64,000 nucleotides of DNA from Nitrospirota bacterium (GCA_037444505.1 JBBIMH010000013.1:51972-115971); one strand, 5' to 3'; positions 1-10,547 are shown, counted from the stretch's first letter. The notes: generated by a model not told the origin, from the letters alone. Translations and numbers: made by a program.

Positions 1-930
1 CTGGAGGGGTATCTTCTCCCTGATGTGATAGTCGTCGGGTATGGATGCAAGCAGCGCAGCAGTATATGGATGCTTCGATGACGTGGATGATGAAAGTATG
101 TCCTTTGCCGGGCCTGTTTCGACTACGGTCCCGCCGTACATCACCGCAACGCTGTCGGAAAGCCTGGAAATGATGCTTATGTCATGGCTGATGAGCATCG
201 TGGTCGTGCCGAGTTCGTGCTTCAGCTCGAGCAGGAGATCCACGATCTTTGACTGTATGGTCGCATCGAGGCCGGTGGTCGGCTCATCCGCAATGAGGAG
301 ATCGGGCTCGGATGCCAGAGCCATTGCTATCATCGCACGCTGACACATGCCTCCTGAAAGGCCGTAGGGGTAGTTGCCGAACCTCAGTCTTGGAGAGTCT
401 ATCTTGACGCGCTTGAGCCAGTAAACCGCCCTCTCCTCCGCCTCCTTCCGGTCTTTTATGCCGGTGTGGAGCATGATTGCCTCGGTAATCTGCCCGCCAA
501 CTGTCATAAAGGGGTTCAGGGCGGCCTTGGGGTTCTGGAAGATCATCGATATCTCTCCACCCCTGATACCCTGCATGATCTCCTCTGAGCGCCGCTCCCA
601 TCCGATGACATCTTTCTTCACGGACATTATCCTGCCGTTCTCCTGCGTTATTTCCACGAAGTCCTGAAGGCCATCGAGCAGGTTCTTCCTATCGCTGTTC
701 GTCATGAATTCTATCGAGCCTGTGATGACGCCCGGGCCTCCCGTGACAAGGCCCATTACCGACAAGGCGGTGACGCTCTTTCCGCTGCCGCTCTCGCCCA
801 CGATGCCGAGAGTCTCGCCCTTTCTGACCTCGAGCCGAACCCCGTCCACAGAGCGGATGAACGCCTGCTTGCTTCGCGAATAGAAGTATGTCCTTAGGTC
901 GTTTATCTTGAGCAGAGGCCCTTCCATCAT
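1..930 (-). CDS. Oligopeptide/dipeptide ABC transporter ATP-binding protein (DppD/OppD-like), 3' end truncated at window start
   Basis: Minus-strand translation from the ATG at 930 gives MMEGPLLKINDLRTYF, Walker A GESGSGKS and the ABC signature LSGGMCQRAMIAMAL..DLLIADEPTT. The start overlaps the upstream permease stop (ATGA). The ORF runs off the window edge. Confidence 0.85.
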   Translation of the reverse strand, partial: MMEGPLLKINDLRTYFYSRSKQAFIRSVDGVRLEVRKGETLGIVGESGSGKSVTALSVMGLVTGGPGVITGSIEFMTNSDRKNLLDGLQDFVEITQENGRIMSVKKDVIGWERRSEEIMQGIRGGEISMIFQNPKAALNPFMTVGGQITEAIMLHTGIKDRKEAEERAVYWLKRVKIDSPRLRFGNYPYGLSGGMCQRAMIAMALASEPDLLIADEPTTGLDATIQSKIVDLLLELKHELGTTTMLISHDISIISRLSDSVAVMYGGTVVETGPAKDILSSSTSSKHPYTAALLASIPDDYHIREKIPLQ

Positions 931-1835
931 CTTCCCCTTCTGCCCTCGAGCATGTTGTTCAGGCCGTCGCCGAGCAGGTGGAATCCGAGGATCGTAAAGA
1001 GTATGGCCAGCGCAGGCGCCGTAGAGGGCCAGAACTTGCCCTGCATAAAATAATTGGCGCCCGCCTGGACCATGTTGCCCCATGACGGAGCCGGCTCCTG
1101 GACGCCGAAGCCCAGATAGGAGAGGGAGGTCTCCATAAGGATGGCCTCTGCCATGCCGAGCGTGGCCTGGATGATGAGCAGAGAGCGGCAGTTGTACCAG
1201 AGGATGTGCTTGAGGATGATGGTCCTTGCAGGCAACCCCAGTGCCTCCGCCGCCTCGACGAAGTTCTTCTGGCGCAAAAATTGTATCTTGCCCTTGATAA
1301 GCGAGGTGACGACAGGCACATTCGTAAGCCCCACGACGATCATGATATAGTAGATGTCGGGCTTGAAGGCGGCGATCACAAGGAGGATAAGCACGAGCCT
1401 GGGAAAGGAGTCAACAAGATTGGTGAAGTATGTTATCGCGGTCTCCCATCTCCCGCCCCTGTAGCCCGCGAGCACGCCCAATATGCTGCCTGTAAAAAGG
1501 GAGATGGATACAGCCAATATCCCCGGCAGGAAATATGCCTGTATGCCGACGATCAGCCGCGACAGGATGTCCCTTCCCATGAAGTCGGTGCCGAGTATGT
1601 GGCCTGCGGTGCCCGGAGGCGCCATCATGAGCTCGAGGTCTATTGCCTGAGGATCCCATTTAAGGAGATTCAATGCGCCCAGTATGTACGAGGCTATGAC
1701 CAGCGTGACGATGAGGCCTCCATAAGCGACATATAGGAGGTCCGCGATGCCCACCTTCTTCCAGAACGGAAGGTCCGAAAACTCGCCTATCTCTCCGGTT
1801 ATCTGCGTATAGGAATTCATAATCTGAAAGGACAC
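927..1835 (-). CDS. Peptide ABC transporter permease (DppC/OppC-like)
   Basis: 302-aa polytopic membrane protein with the binding-protein-dependent transport inner-membrane motif (EAAEALGLP...). Sits between a second permease and the ATPase. Confidence 0.85.
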   Translation of the reverse strand: MSFQIMNSYTQITGEIGEFSDLPFWKKVGIADLLYVAYGGLIVTLVIASYILGALNLLKWDPQAIDLELMMAPPGTAGHILGTDFMGRDILSRLIVGIQAYFLPGILAVSISLFTGSILGVLAGYRGGRWETAITYFTNLVDSFPRLVLILLVIAAFKPDIYYIMIVVGLTNVPVVTSLIKGKIQFLRQKNFVEAAEALGLPARTIILKHILWYNCRSLLIIQATLGMAEAILMETSLSYLGFGVQEPAPSWGNMVQAGANYFMQGKFWPSTAPALAILFTILGFHLLGDGLNNMLEGRRGR

Positions 1836-1880
1836 CGGTCATGTGGCAGATGGTGCTGCCGCAAGCTATGCCCTATTCTC

Positions 1881-2837
1881 TCACTCCTTCGACGCCCTCG
1901 GGTTCACTATGACATACACCACCTTCTGGAACATGCCGCCCATGCGCACGAATACAGCCGCCAAGATGGCGATGCCCATTATTACAGGGTAATCCCTGTC
2001 CTGCGCAGCCTGCCAGGCCATCCTGCCCATGCCGGGCCAATTGAACACCTGCTCCACAATGACCGCCCCTCCGAGTATGAAGGGGATCTTTGATGCGACG
2101 ATCTCGGTAACCGGTATGAGCAGCCCTTCTTTGAATGAATGCTTCCATATGGACGCACCCTTAGCCCTGGCCGTGCGTATATAGTCTTCGGACATGACCC
2201 TGCCCATCTCGTCTCGCAGAAAACGTATGACCTCGCTTATGGTGCCGTTGCCCACGCCCAGGACGAACACCGGAAGGAGCGATGATAGAAGGCTCGCCTT
2301 ATGACCGATGCCGGAGAAGACGGGGAACACCCCAAAACTGTGCATGAAGAAATAGATGACGATATACCCGAACCAAAAGATCGGCAGCGCAGAGACCACG
2401 TAGGCGAACATGGTGAGCGCCCACGTGATGCCCGATGCGCCCCTCCTCGCGGAATACACCGCGATCGGTATGGCGATCGCGAGGGTGACGAGCAGGGAGC
2501 TCAAAGTGAGCGCAAGCGTATTGAGCCCCACCCTGACGAGCTCGCCCGCCACAGGCAGGCCCGTCCTGATGGATGAGCCGAAATTCCCCCGTGCCATGTT
2601 GCCGAGCCAGGATAGATACTGCAGGTACCATGCCCTGGGCACATCGAGAGCTTCGCGTATGCCTGCCTGCGCCTCGGACGGAGACATCTGGCCCTCGAGC
2701 AGGACGCTGAAAGGATCTCCAGGCGAGAGATACAAGATCACGAACACCACGAAGCTCACCCCGATGAGCAACAGCAGCGTTATCGTGGTCTCCCTCGCGA
2801 TCATGAGGGCTATGGAACGAAGTCCGGCAAGTTTCAT
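1881..2837 (-). CDS. Peptide ABC transporter permease (DppB/OppB-like)
   Basis: 318-aa membrane protein with the typical DppB N-terminus and EAA loop (YIRTARAKGAS). Operon context. Confidence 0.85.
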   Translation of the reverse strand: MKLAGLRSIALMIARETTITLLLLIGVSFVVFVILYLSPGDPFSVLLEGQMSPSEAQAGIREALDVPRAWYLQYLSWLGNMARGNFGSSIRTGLPVAGELVRVGLNTLALTLSSLLVTLAIAIPIAVYSARRGASGITWALTMFAYVVSALPIFWFGYIVIYFFMHSFGVFPVFSGIGHKASLLSSLLPVFVLGVGNGTISEVIRFLRDEMGRVMSEDYIRTARAKGASIWKHSFKEGLLIPVTEIVASKIPFILGGAVIVEQVFNWPGMGRMAWQAAQDRDYPVIMGIAILAAVFVRMGGMFQKVVYVIVNPRASKE

Positions 2838-2873
2838 AATCCGCGTGCATGGCTAAGGCGTTGCGAGTCCATG

Positions 2874-4487
2874 CTATTTCTGGTCTCCTTCCGGAATAAA
2901 CCACTCATCTGCAAAAGAGAAGAACTTGTACGGATGGATCGCCACCCGCCTCACCTTCTTGTGATAAGCGGCGTAGTTCGTGAGCGTCCATAGGAACGTA
3001 TACGGATTCTCGTCTGCGAGCAGGGCATGGAGCTTCCTGTTTATGGTCCTCCTCTTTTCGTGGTCGAGCGTGAGCTTGCTCTCATTTATGAGGCCGTCCA
3101 CCTCCGGGTTGGAATAACCGATGAAATTGTTCTTCCACGGCCCTATCTCTCCAGAGTGGAAGAGCGAGGAGATGTCGGCCGAGTCATCGAATACCCAGGA
3201 GGCGAAGACAACGTCGAAGTCGTGCTCCAGGAACACGTCCTCCTTCCACGCCTGCCATTCTTTGAACTCGACGCGTATGTCAACACCCACATTCTTAAGA
3301 TAGTTCTTGAATGCAAGCACCACGCGCTTCACCGCCTCGCTCTCTTTCTCTATCGGGACCTTGAGAGAGAGCGAAAGCCTCTGCCCAGCCTTCTGCATGA
3401 TGCCGTCCGGCCCGGGGGTGAAGCCCGCCTCTGCGAGAAGGGCTTTGGCCTTCTGCGGATCGAACGGAAGCGGCTGCACATCCAGGTTATACGCCCATGA
3501 ACCTGGTGCGAACGGCCCTGAGATGACGGTTCCCCGGTTATTGAAGAAGGACTCGAGCATCTCCTGCCTGTTCACCGCATAAGTGAACGCCTTCCTCACC
3601 CTCTTGTCCGAAAGAAGGGGATTGCGCAGGTTGTACCCGAAGAAGGAATAGGAAAGCGCATTGTACGGCTGCAAAATGAATCTCTTGTCTCCCTCTATCT
3701 CGGGGATGTCGCGCGGGTTCACGAGCACGATCATGTCGATGGCATTGAACATGAGGGCCTGGGTCATGATGTTCTGGTCCGCGAAGGGCTTCGATATGAA
3801 CTTGTCTATGTGCGGCCTGCCCTTGAAGTAGTTTTCGTTCGCCACGAGTATGATCTCCCTGTCCGCCGTGATGTTCTTCAGCATAAACGGTCCGGTGCCT
3901 ATGGGGTTCTGGACGAATGGATCCTCCCTCGTAAGATAGAGCGGATTGGCCGGGCCGTGGCGCGGGATGATCTTGAAGCTGAACTTTGCAAGGGCATTCA
4001 GTATCGGCCTCTTCAATGTGAACTTCACGGCATAGTCGTCTATCTTCTCCACGCCTTCGATGAATTCGTACCTCACCTTGAGCGGGGTGATGGTCTTCGG
4101 GTGCATCATTATCTTGTATGTGAATATCACATCATCGGCCGTGAAGGGCTTCGGCTCCTCGCCTTCCCTGGCATGCCATGTGACGTCTTTTCTCAGAAAG
4201 AACGTGTACGTCCGGCCGTCGGGGGAGACCTCCCAGCGCTCTGCCAGCTCGGGCACTATCTCCTGCTTTTCGTTTATACCGACCAGGCCGTTGAATATCA
4301 GCTCGGTGATCCGCAATGATATCATCTCATTGCTCGTAATGGGATCGAGCGTAGCCGGCCTGCCGTACTCTCCGTAGCTCAATACGCCGCCGTCCGGCCT
4401 TCCGTCCTTCTTTCTGGCGGCCCATGCAGGAAGCGTAAGGACCGCTGTAATAGCCGCTATGACGAGAATCTGCAATATCCGTTTCAT
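2874..4487 (-). CDS. ABC transporter substrate-binding protein, family 5 (DppA/OppA-like), secreted
   Basis: 537 aa with a signal peptide (MKRILQILVIAAITAVLTLPAWA) and family-5 SBP-like sequence. First gene of the SBP-permease-permease-ATPase operon. Confidence 0.85.
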   Translation of the reverse strand: MKRILQILVIAAITAVLTLPAWAARKKDGRPDGGVLSYGEYGRPATLDPITSNEMISLRITELIFNGLVGINEKQEIVPELAERWEVSPDGRTYTFFLRKDVTWHAREGEEPKPFTADDVIFTYKIMMHPKTITPLKVRYEFIEGVEKIDDYAVKFTLKRPILNALAKFSFKIIPRHGPANPLYLTREDPFVQNPIGTGPFMLKNITADREIILVANENYFKGRPHIDKFISKPFADQNIMTQALMFNAIDMIVLVNPRDIPEIEGDKRFILQPYNALSYSFFGYNLRNPLLSDKRVRKAFTYAVNRQEMLESFFNNRGTVISGPFAPGSWAYNLDVQPLPFDPQKAKALLAEAGFTPGPDGIMQKAGQRLSLSLKVPIEKESEAVKRVVLAFKNYLKNVGVDIRVEFKEWQAWKEDVFLEHDFDVVFASWVFDDSADISSLFHSGEIGPWKNNFIGYSNPEVDGLINESKLTLDHEKRRTINRKLHALLADENPYTFLWTLTNYAAYHKKVRRVAIHPYKFFSFADEWFIPEGDQK

Positions 4488-4707
4488 AATTGCCCTCCCT
4501 TAGACGCTGTTCGTATTCTCAAGAACCAACCACGGAGCTCGCAGAGAAGGACCTGAATAAAGGAACAAAACCCCTCGGTGTCATCGCGTCGCCTCCGCCG
4601 CCTCTCATCAACGCTCCGTTTGCTTCTGTTTCGCATTCAACTCCATAAGACCACAGGGCGCTGAGAACATACCGGATATATATGATAATTCCCGAACGAC
4701 CCGGCCA

Positions 4708-6189
4708 TCAGAATATCTTCACGTCTCCAGCGCTCTTGTGCTCCATGGAATATACGCCCTGCAGCGCCTCCTGCAACTGGCGCACCTCCGGGAACTGTTT
4801 GCTCATCTCGAAGAATATCTCGAGCGCCTCGGAGAATTTCTTCGTCCTGTAGTACGCCTCCGCGAGGTCGACGAGCATGGCAGGGTCGTTGAATTCGATA
4901 CGGTTCTTGTTCCCCTTGTCCCTGCCCGCCTCGAGATAAAATACGGCCTTCGAGTAGTCCCTCTTTGAGAGATGGTATGAGCCCAACGCGATATTGAGTA
5001 TCGCATACTTCCTGCCTTCGCCGGCCTCTGCCAGGGCTGCAGCCTTGTTCGCCACCTTGGGGCAGTCCACCCTGATCCTGCTGCAAGAAAAGAGAACATC
5101 GGCGATGACCTCGGGGTCTTGAGGCTGTTTCTGAGAGAGCTCGTCCCACACGGAAATGGCATCGATCCGATTGCCGCGCTGATAGTGGCTTGCGGCCTGC
5201 CTGGCGGACGCCCTGTCTCTGAGCTGCTGCGGCATCCGGGTCTGCGAGATGAATGCCGCCGTGACCTTTATGGACTGCTCTATTCTGCCTGCCAGCGCCA
5301 GCGCCTCTCCGAGATAGAAGTTGGCGGTATCCTTGAGACGCGCGTCGGCTGCAGCCTTCTCTATCTCCTTAACCGCCGCCTGGAGATACAGGTCCGCCAA
5401 ATCGGAAAGCAAAGACAGATCATAAAAATTTATAACCTTGCTCCTGCCTATGGACTCTCTGTAGGAAAACGCCTTCAGGTCCGCGCTGCCTGCCAAGGCA
5501 ATCCCTTTCTCGGTGAGTCCCGCCATAACATAAACAGAGAGTGCATTCTTGATAAGCCGCATGGATAAAGGCCTGCCTGTCTTCTTCGCCTCTGCCAAGG
5601 CCTCGTCCACGAGAGCAACAGGGTTTCTGTCCATCATCCTGGCCTTCGCATAAGCAGCAGCAAGCTGCGCCTTTATCTCGAGGGCTGACCGTTCCACGCC
5701 TGACCACATCTCCTCCGCCCTCGGGGCGTCACCCTTCAATGCATGCACGAGACCGAGGTCTATCTTTGCAAATGCCTTCTCGCGTTCCGGCGCAGCGGGG
5801 TCGGCAATAAACCTCTCCAGAGCCGATACAGCGAGATCGGTCTTTCCAACCTCGATGAAAATCTCTCCGAGATACATATCCGCCAGTTTGCTCCTGCTCT
5901 TACCGCCCCTCGAAGAGAGCCTGCCGAGGTAGTCCGCATAGACGGAAGAGGACATGCGATAGAGCCTCTTGTGGAGCTCTGCATTCTTAAGGTAGTTCAT
6001 ACCAAGCGTAAGACGGGCGTCAGACAGCCTCGATGCATCAATGGACGGCATCTCCGAGCGCAAAAGGGCTGCGGCATCTGCATATCTGTGCCTTTCATAC
6101 AGTTTCATGGCGCGTGCAACTGGGTCTTCGGCAGGCTGCGCAACGCCTGCCGCAAGGACCATCACTGCTATAAAGACAAAGCGTATCAT
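4708..6189 (-). CDS. Secreted tetratricopeptide-repeat protein
   Basis: 493 aa with an N-terminal signal peptide (MIRFVFIAVMVLAAGVAQP). Repeated A/L/Y-rich helical TPR-like units run throughout. Confidence 0.7.
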   Translation of the reverse strand: MIRFVFIAVMVLAAGVAQPAEDPVARAMKLYERHRYADAAALLRSEMPSIDASRLSDARLTLGMNYLKNAELHKRLYRMSSSVYADYLGRLSSRGGKSRSKLADMYLGEIFIEVGKTDLAVSALERFIADPAAPEREKAFAKIDLGLVHALKGDAPRAEEMWSGVERSALEIKAQLAAAYAKARMMDRNPVALVDEALAEAKKTGRPLSMRLIKNALSVYVMAGLTEKGIALAGSADLKAFSYRESIGRSKVINFYDLSLLSDLADLYLQAAVKEIEKAAADARLKDTANFYLGEALALAGRIEQSIKVTAAFISQTRMPQQLRDRASARQAASHYQRGNRIDAISVWDELSQKQPQDPEVIADVLFSCSRIRVDCPKVANKAAALAEAGEGRKYAILNIALGSYHLSKRDYSKAVFYLEAGRDKGNKNRIEFNDPAMLVDLAEAYYRTKKFSEALEIFFEMSKQFPEVRQLQEALQGVYSMEHKSAGDVKIF

Positions 6190-6231
6190 ACATATCCCCT
6201 CTATCTTGAAATCCGCCGGCTTTCCTGCAAG

Positions 6232-7452
6232 TCATTTCAGCCCTGCGATGAATATCTGGTCCCACTGCTCCACCTGCGCCCTGAACACAATCGTGCCCTC
6301 GGATGAGCAAGATACATCGTGGTTCATCTTGGTGTTTGTCTTGAGCAGCAGGGACGTGTGTGAGTTCACATCTACAACATAGATAGGATTATACTCATGC
6401 TTGTCGTTCTTCACATAGACGATACGGTTGCTGTCCGGCATCCACGCAGGGCCGCGCTCCACATCCGGAATGACGTCAGAAGCGACTATTTTAGAAGCAA
6501 GGCCTTCTCCGCCCACAGGATCGGAGCCATCTGCGGAGACCACGGCGATGGACCAGATCTTAGGGTCTCCCACCTGATTGTAGTTCGTATAGAAGGCGAT
6601 CTTCTTCCCGTCTGGAGACCAGATGGGCCTAAGGTCGTCTGCGGTCCAAGAAGTCAGTTGTTTCATGGACTCGGCAGGCTTCGAGACATCGTTGATTACG
6701 TATATATCATGATTTTCGTTCGTGCCGTGCATAACCGCGATCCTCTTTCCGTCCGGCGACCACTGGGGATACAGATACGGCCTGCCTCCCTGAGTGAGCC
6801 TGGTGAGGCCGCGTGTGATCACGTCCATCAGGTACACATCTCCCTTGGCTGTGCGACCGGAGACAAAGGCTATCGTATTGCCGACAGGAGACCAATGGGC
6901 CTGGCCGTCTTTTTCCTTGTGGTCCGTGAGCCTCGTGGTAGTCTTCCCCCCGAGTTCGCGCAGATACAAGTCATAGTTTCCCTCTCCGCCGTTGCTCATG
7001 AATACAAAGCGGTCTCCGCTCGGCGCCCAGCTCATGCCTGCATTGTAGCTTACTTCCTCGAACACGCCGGGAAAGAAGAATTTCATCTCACCCTTGTCTT
7101 CTGATAGCTGATAATATATGGTCTGGACCACGGCGCCTTCGGGATTAGTAATGATAATCTCCTTCTTGTCTCCCTTGCTGCGCTCGAATGCGATGAGCCG
7201 GCCCGAAGGCGACCAAGTGGGATTCGAGTCGTTCCTGCCGGCCTCTATCTTAAGCAGCGGCCTGATGAACACGGGCTCTATCTCTGGTCTCTCCTTCTCT
7301 TCTTTTTCTACCGCAGCCTGCCCTTCTTCCTGCCTCTGCTCGATCTGAGCGGCTGGGGTGTCAACGACGGGGGGCTGCTGCCCGTATACACTCGAAATGC
7401 CCGAGGCCGAAACAAAGACCGCGGAGACAAAAATATACCGTCTGAAATCCAC
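6232..7452 (-). CDS. TolB-like periplasmic beta-propeller (PD40/WD40-like repeat) protein
   Basis: Signal peptide plus repeated WSPDG..IAF / DIYV motifs typical of TolB C-terminal propeller blades. Confidence 0.7.
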   Translation of the reverse strand: MDFRRYIFVSAVFVSASGISSVYGQQPPVVDTPAAQIEQRQEEGQAAVEKEEKERPEIEPVFIRPLLKIEAGRNDSNPTWSPSGRLIAFERSKGDKKEIIITNPEGAVVQTIYYQLSEDKGEMKFFFPGVFEEVSYNAGMSWAPSGDRFVFMSNGGEGNYDLYLRELGGKTTTRLTDHKEKDGQAHWSPVGNTIAFVSGRTAKGDVYLMDVITRGLTRLTQGGRPYLYPQWSPDGKRIAVMHGTNENHDIYVINDVSKPAESMKQLTSWTADDLRPIWSPDGKKIAFYTNYNQVGDPKIWSIAVVSADGSDPVGGEGLASKIVASDVIPDVERGPAWMPDSNRIVYVKNDKHEYNPIYVVDVNSHTSLLLKTNTKMNHDVSCSSEGTIVFRAQVEQWDQIFIAGLK

Positions 7453-7466
7453 TGAACCCTCCCATT

Positions 7467-10034
7467 CTACATCAGGTCTTTTATCTGATCCCAGTACTTC
7501 TGAGCCGCATCTCTGCTCTGCTCATAGGTCGCCTTGCCCTCGAGCTTCTTCGGGAAGAAATCGAAATAATCCCTCCACGCAAGATTGGCGCTGTTTAATA
7601 TCTGAGACTTCTTGGTTATGAGATAGAGCTTGTGATATGACAGGGCCAGATAGTAGTAGGTATCGTGCACTGCCTCGTCATAGTGCAGGTTCGGGAAGAA
7701 GCGCGTGTTCTGCTTGGCGGCCTGAAGGTTCTGGATCGCCTTTGCAAAACTCTGGGCGGCGGCGTCCTTGTCCTTCTGTACGAGGGTATTACCCTTTTCG
7801 TAATATGCATGGCCGAGGTTGGTGAAAGCCACTGCATACTGTTTGTATATGAGCTGTTGGTTCTCGGGGAGCGAGAGCACATTCTCGAACTCTCTGATGG
7901 CAGCGTCGTAGTCCTCTTTCTCGTCGAGATATATCTGGGCAAGTCTATGGTGCGCCTCTGAATAGTCAGGGTGCCCTTTCTCCGTGCTCGCGTAGGCCTT
8001 TATCGCGCCTTCTATGTCGCCATTCTGCTCGGCCCGCTCGCCTATCTTGAGATAGTCCTTCTGGAGCACGATCTTCCTGTCGCCTGTGCGATCCTCCACT
8101 TTGGATGCGAACTCCATCACCTCTTCCCAGTCTCGATAGTCGCCGCCCACGCTCACCCTTACTGTGTGGAAACCGAGAGGCACGAGCTTGTCGGTAATGG
8201 GCGTCTTGCCGCTTTTTTCTCCGTCAATATAGACCTCAGCGGAAGACGGCGTGGATTCCATCTTGAAGAGTGCATTATTGACCTGGAGCACATATTCCTT
8301 CACATCTCCCCTCTTATCCGCCTTCACCTTTTCGCTCACCTGCTGGTATCCGTGGCGATAGAGGACAAGATTATAATTCTTGCCGAGCCTAACAGGCACC
8401 TCTGCCTGGCCGTTGGAGCCGGTAGAGCCGATCCATTCTTCATTGAGATAGATATTCACGCCTGCAAGAGGAGAGACATCAGGAGGGACGCCCCCCTTCG
8501 CAGAGAGGATGAAGAAGTTCTGCTGGCCTTCGGCTTCGCCCTCACGATATATGTGCCTCACTACACGATCGCCGATATTCACCCTCTCGCCTTTCTTCAG
8601 GTCCTCCACCTCGAGCCACGAAGCAGACGCCTCGACCTTCCTCACCTTGAGCCTCCCCGTCTCTCTGTAACCCGCTATTTTCCCCGATTCGTCGAGACGC
8701 GCAGCCATGAGAATGAAGTCCGTTCCCTTCCTGATGCCGTAATCCGCCTTGCCGATGTTTATCTGAACCCTCTCATCCTCTTTAGCGAGCACAGTGCCTT
8801 CGAAGGGGAACTTCTCCTTTACCGCTGCAGCGATCTCCTTTGCCGCGCTGTTGATGTCGCCCATGCCTCTCGCACGAGTGATATGGCTCAAGATCAGCCT
8901 GCCGGAAGAGGTATAGAACTTGGTCTCTATGAGGAAGCCCTTTTCATCCTTGGCTACACTGCCCATGACTATCATATCGACCGTCCTCTGCAAAGACGTA
9001 TCCCTCCAGCCCTTCGCCACCGCCTTCTCGATGCTGATCCGCGCCCTCTTTACCTCCGCCTGGAGCGCGTCGCTCGGCACGCGTTTAAATGCGCCGAACT
9101 TGAACAGGTGATTCTCGAGCGCCGATTCCGTCTGACTGACTACGTCTTTGAGGTCCACGCCCGGTGTATTGCCGATGAATCGGTATATCCCTGTCCTTAT
9201 AGGCTTCGGGGTCGTGGGATAGAAATAGCGCTGGATGTTCACCCCGCCTTCTAGGGTCACCTGGGTCTTCCAGCTCGAGGGTATATATCCCGGCGCGGAC
9301 AGCGCCAAGGAGATCTTCTTGCCAGGCTCGCCGTCATAGCTGTATGTATATAGGCCCTTCTGGTCTGTCCTGCCCACGACCTTCTTGTCTATGCTTACGG
9401 TGACGCCGGGCAGGCCGCTCTCCTTTCCATATTCTTCTGTAAGCGCTGCAACATCGATCAATATGCGCTTCGACAAGGAAGCCTCGATCCTATCGCCAGG
9501 CGTCAGTTCCCCTGTCTTCTTCCATGTGGTGTATCCGCTCTTCGTGACGACGAGATCCGCCCCTCCTTTCGGGAGGTCTTTGTATTCATACACGAACTCT
9601 CCCTTTGCATCGGTCTTTCCGACCTCCTTATTGAATGCCTTGACCTCTGCATCAGGCACGGGAGCGCCCTTTTCAGTCGCCACAATGGTGACATATCTTG
9701 ATGCGATAAGCTCTGCGTCGAATGAATACTTGTCCATGTTCTTTTTTGGCAGCTTCATCAAGAAAGAGCCCTTCCAGGGCTGGATCCTGTACCCCGGCAT
9801 CTCCTTCGTAACGACAATCTCCACGTCGGCCCCTGGCTTTTTACGGATTATCTTATTGAATACGCCGTTCGTATCAGTGACGCCGAGCTCCTTTCCGTCC
9901 ACGACCACCTTTGCATCGGCGGCGGGCCCACCGTCCATACGCGCCTTCACCTCGAGCTCGAGCTTCTCACCGCAGGCGGAGAGCATAAGCGACGAAAACA
10001 GCAACAAGATTATAGGCATCACACGCTTGTACAT
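7467..10034 (-). CDS. Large multidomain lipoprotein with carboxypeptidase-regulatory-like repeats, a PEGA-like domain and a C-terminal TPR region
   Basis: Lipobox (LMLSAC) after MYKRVMPIILLL. Three repeats of the form VxVDGKxxGxTDxxG.. (CarboxypepD_reg-like). A PEGA-like segment (SAEVYIDGEKSGKTPIT..VRV). TPR-like C-terminus. The start was chosen at MYKRV, 51 nt inside the longest ORF. Confidence 0.65.
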   Translation of the reverse strand: MYKRVMPIILLLFSSLMLSACGEKLELEVKARMDGGPAADAKVVVDGKELGVTDTNGVFNKIIRKKPGADVEIVVTKEMPGYRIQPWKGSFLMKLPKKNMDKYSFDAELIASRYVTIVATEKGAPVPDAEVKAFNKEVGKTDAKGEFVYEYKDLPKGGADLVVTKSGYTTWKKTGELTPGDRIEASLSKRILIDVAALTEEYGKESGLPGVTVSIDKKVVGRTDQKGLYTYSYDGEPGKKISLALSAPGYIPSSWKTQVTLEGGVNIQRYFYPTTPKPIRTGIYRFIGNTPGVDLKDVVSQTESALENHLFKFGAFKRVPSDALQAEVKRARISIEKAVAKGWRDTSLQRTVDMIVMGSVAKDEKGFLIETKFYTSSGRLILSHITRARGMGDINSAAKEIAAAVKEKFPFEGTVLAKEDERVQINIGKADYGIRKGTDFILMAARLDESGKIAGYRETGRLKVRKVEASASWLEVEDLKKGERVNIGDRVVRHIYREGEAEGQQNFFILSAKGGVPPDVSPLAGVNIYLNEEWIGSTGSNGQAEVPVRLGKNYNLVLYRHGYQQVSEKVKADKRGDVKEYVLQVNNALFKMESTPSSAEVYIDGEKSGKTPITDKLVPLGFHTVRVSVGGDYRDWEEVMEFASKVEDRTGDRKIVLQKDYLKIGERAEQNGDIEGAIKAYASTEKGHPDYSEAHHRLAQIYLDEKEDYDAAIREFENVLSLPENQQLIYKQYAVAFTNLGHAYYEKGNTLVQKDKDAAAQSFAKAIQNLQAAKQNTRFFPNLHYDEAVHDTYYYLALSYHKLYLITKKSQILNSANLAWRDYFDFFPKKLEGKATYEQSRDAAQKYWDQIKDLM

Positions 10035-10097
10035 AAGCGCCTCCTTGCACACAGCATAAAAAAGGTGCGGATTGACTATGGACATGTCTGAACCGCC

Positions 10098-10547
10098 TTA
10101 CATGGTCGGCGGTTGGATATTCACCTCTCCCGGATTTATGATCTTGTCCTCATCCGATTTGGAGCCTTCGATGGTCTTGCGCTTTCCTTCCCGTATCTTC
10201 TTGAGCTTGAAGTCCACCTTCTTGCGCGTGAACTTCTTGATCTCCACTGTCTGCGTCTCGGTCATATATCCGATTCGGTTTGCCTCGACCTTGTAGATGC
10301 CCGGCGTGATCCTGTCTTTTTGCGACTCGAATTTTCCTTCGGCATCCACTGTCACGGCGTGAGAGGCCTGTTCGATAGTCGAAGTGGTGTTGATCATGTT
10401 TACTACCGTCCCTTGAGGATTGTCCTTCGTGGCTGGAATCGGCTGCATGTTGAGATCCACGAGCTGCACTGTCCCGTATATCTTGGGTGAGCATGCAGCA
10501 AGCAGCACTGCGACGGCGCATAGTAGAAGATTCCGTTTGATATTCAT
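10098..10547 (-). CDS. Small lipoprotein with a carboxypeptidase-regulatory-like domain
   Basis: MNIKRNLLLCAVAVLLAACSP lipoprotein signal. A TVDAEGKF..PGIYKV segment resembles the repeats of the downstream large lipoprotein. Confidence 0.55.
   Translation of the reverse strand: MNIKRNLLLCAVAVLLAACSPKIYGTVQLVDLNMQPIPATKDNPQGTVVNMINTTSTIEQASHAVTVDAEGKFESQKDRITPGIYKVEANRIGYMTETQTVEIKKFTRKKVDFKLKKIREGKRKTIEGSKSDEDKIINPGEVNIQPPTM

Noticed and set aside
284-601. 105-aa minus-strand ORF and 41..343 plus-strand ORF
   Set aside because: Wrong-frame or antisense relative to the ABC ATPase gene, whose Walker A and signature motifs are read in another minus-strand frame.
7971-9254. 427-aa plus-strand ORF
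   Set aside because: Lies entirely antisense within the well-supported 856-aa lipoprotein gene. A typical high-GC antisense open frame with no RBS and no recognisable domains.
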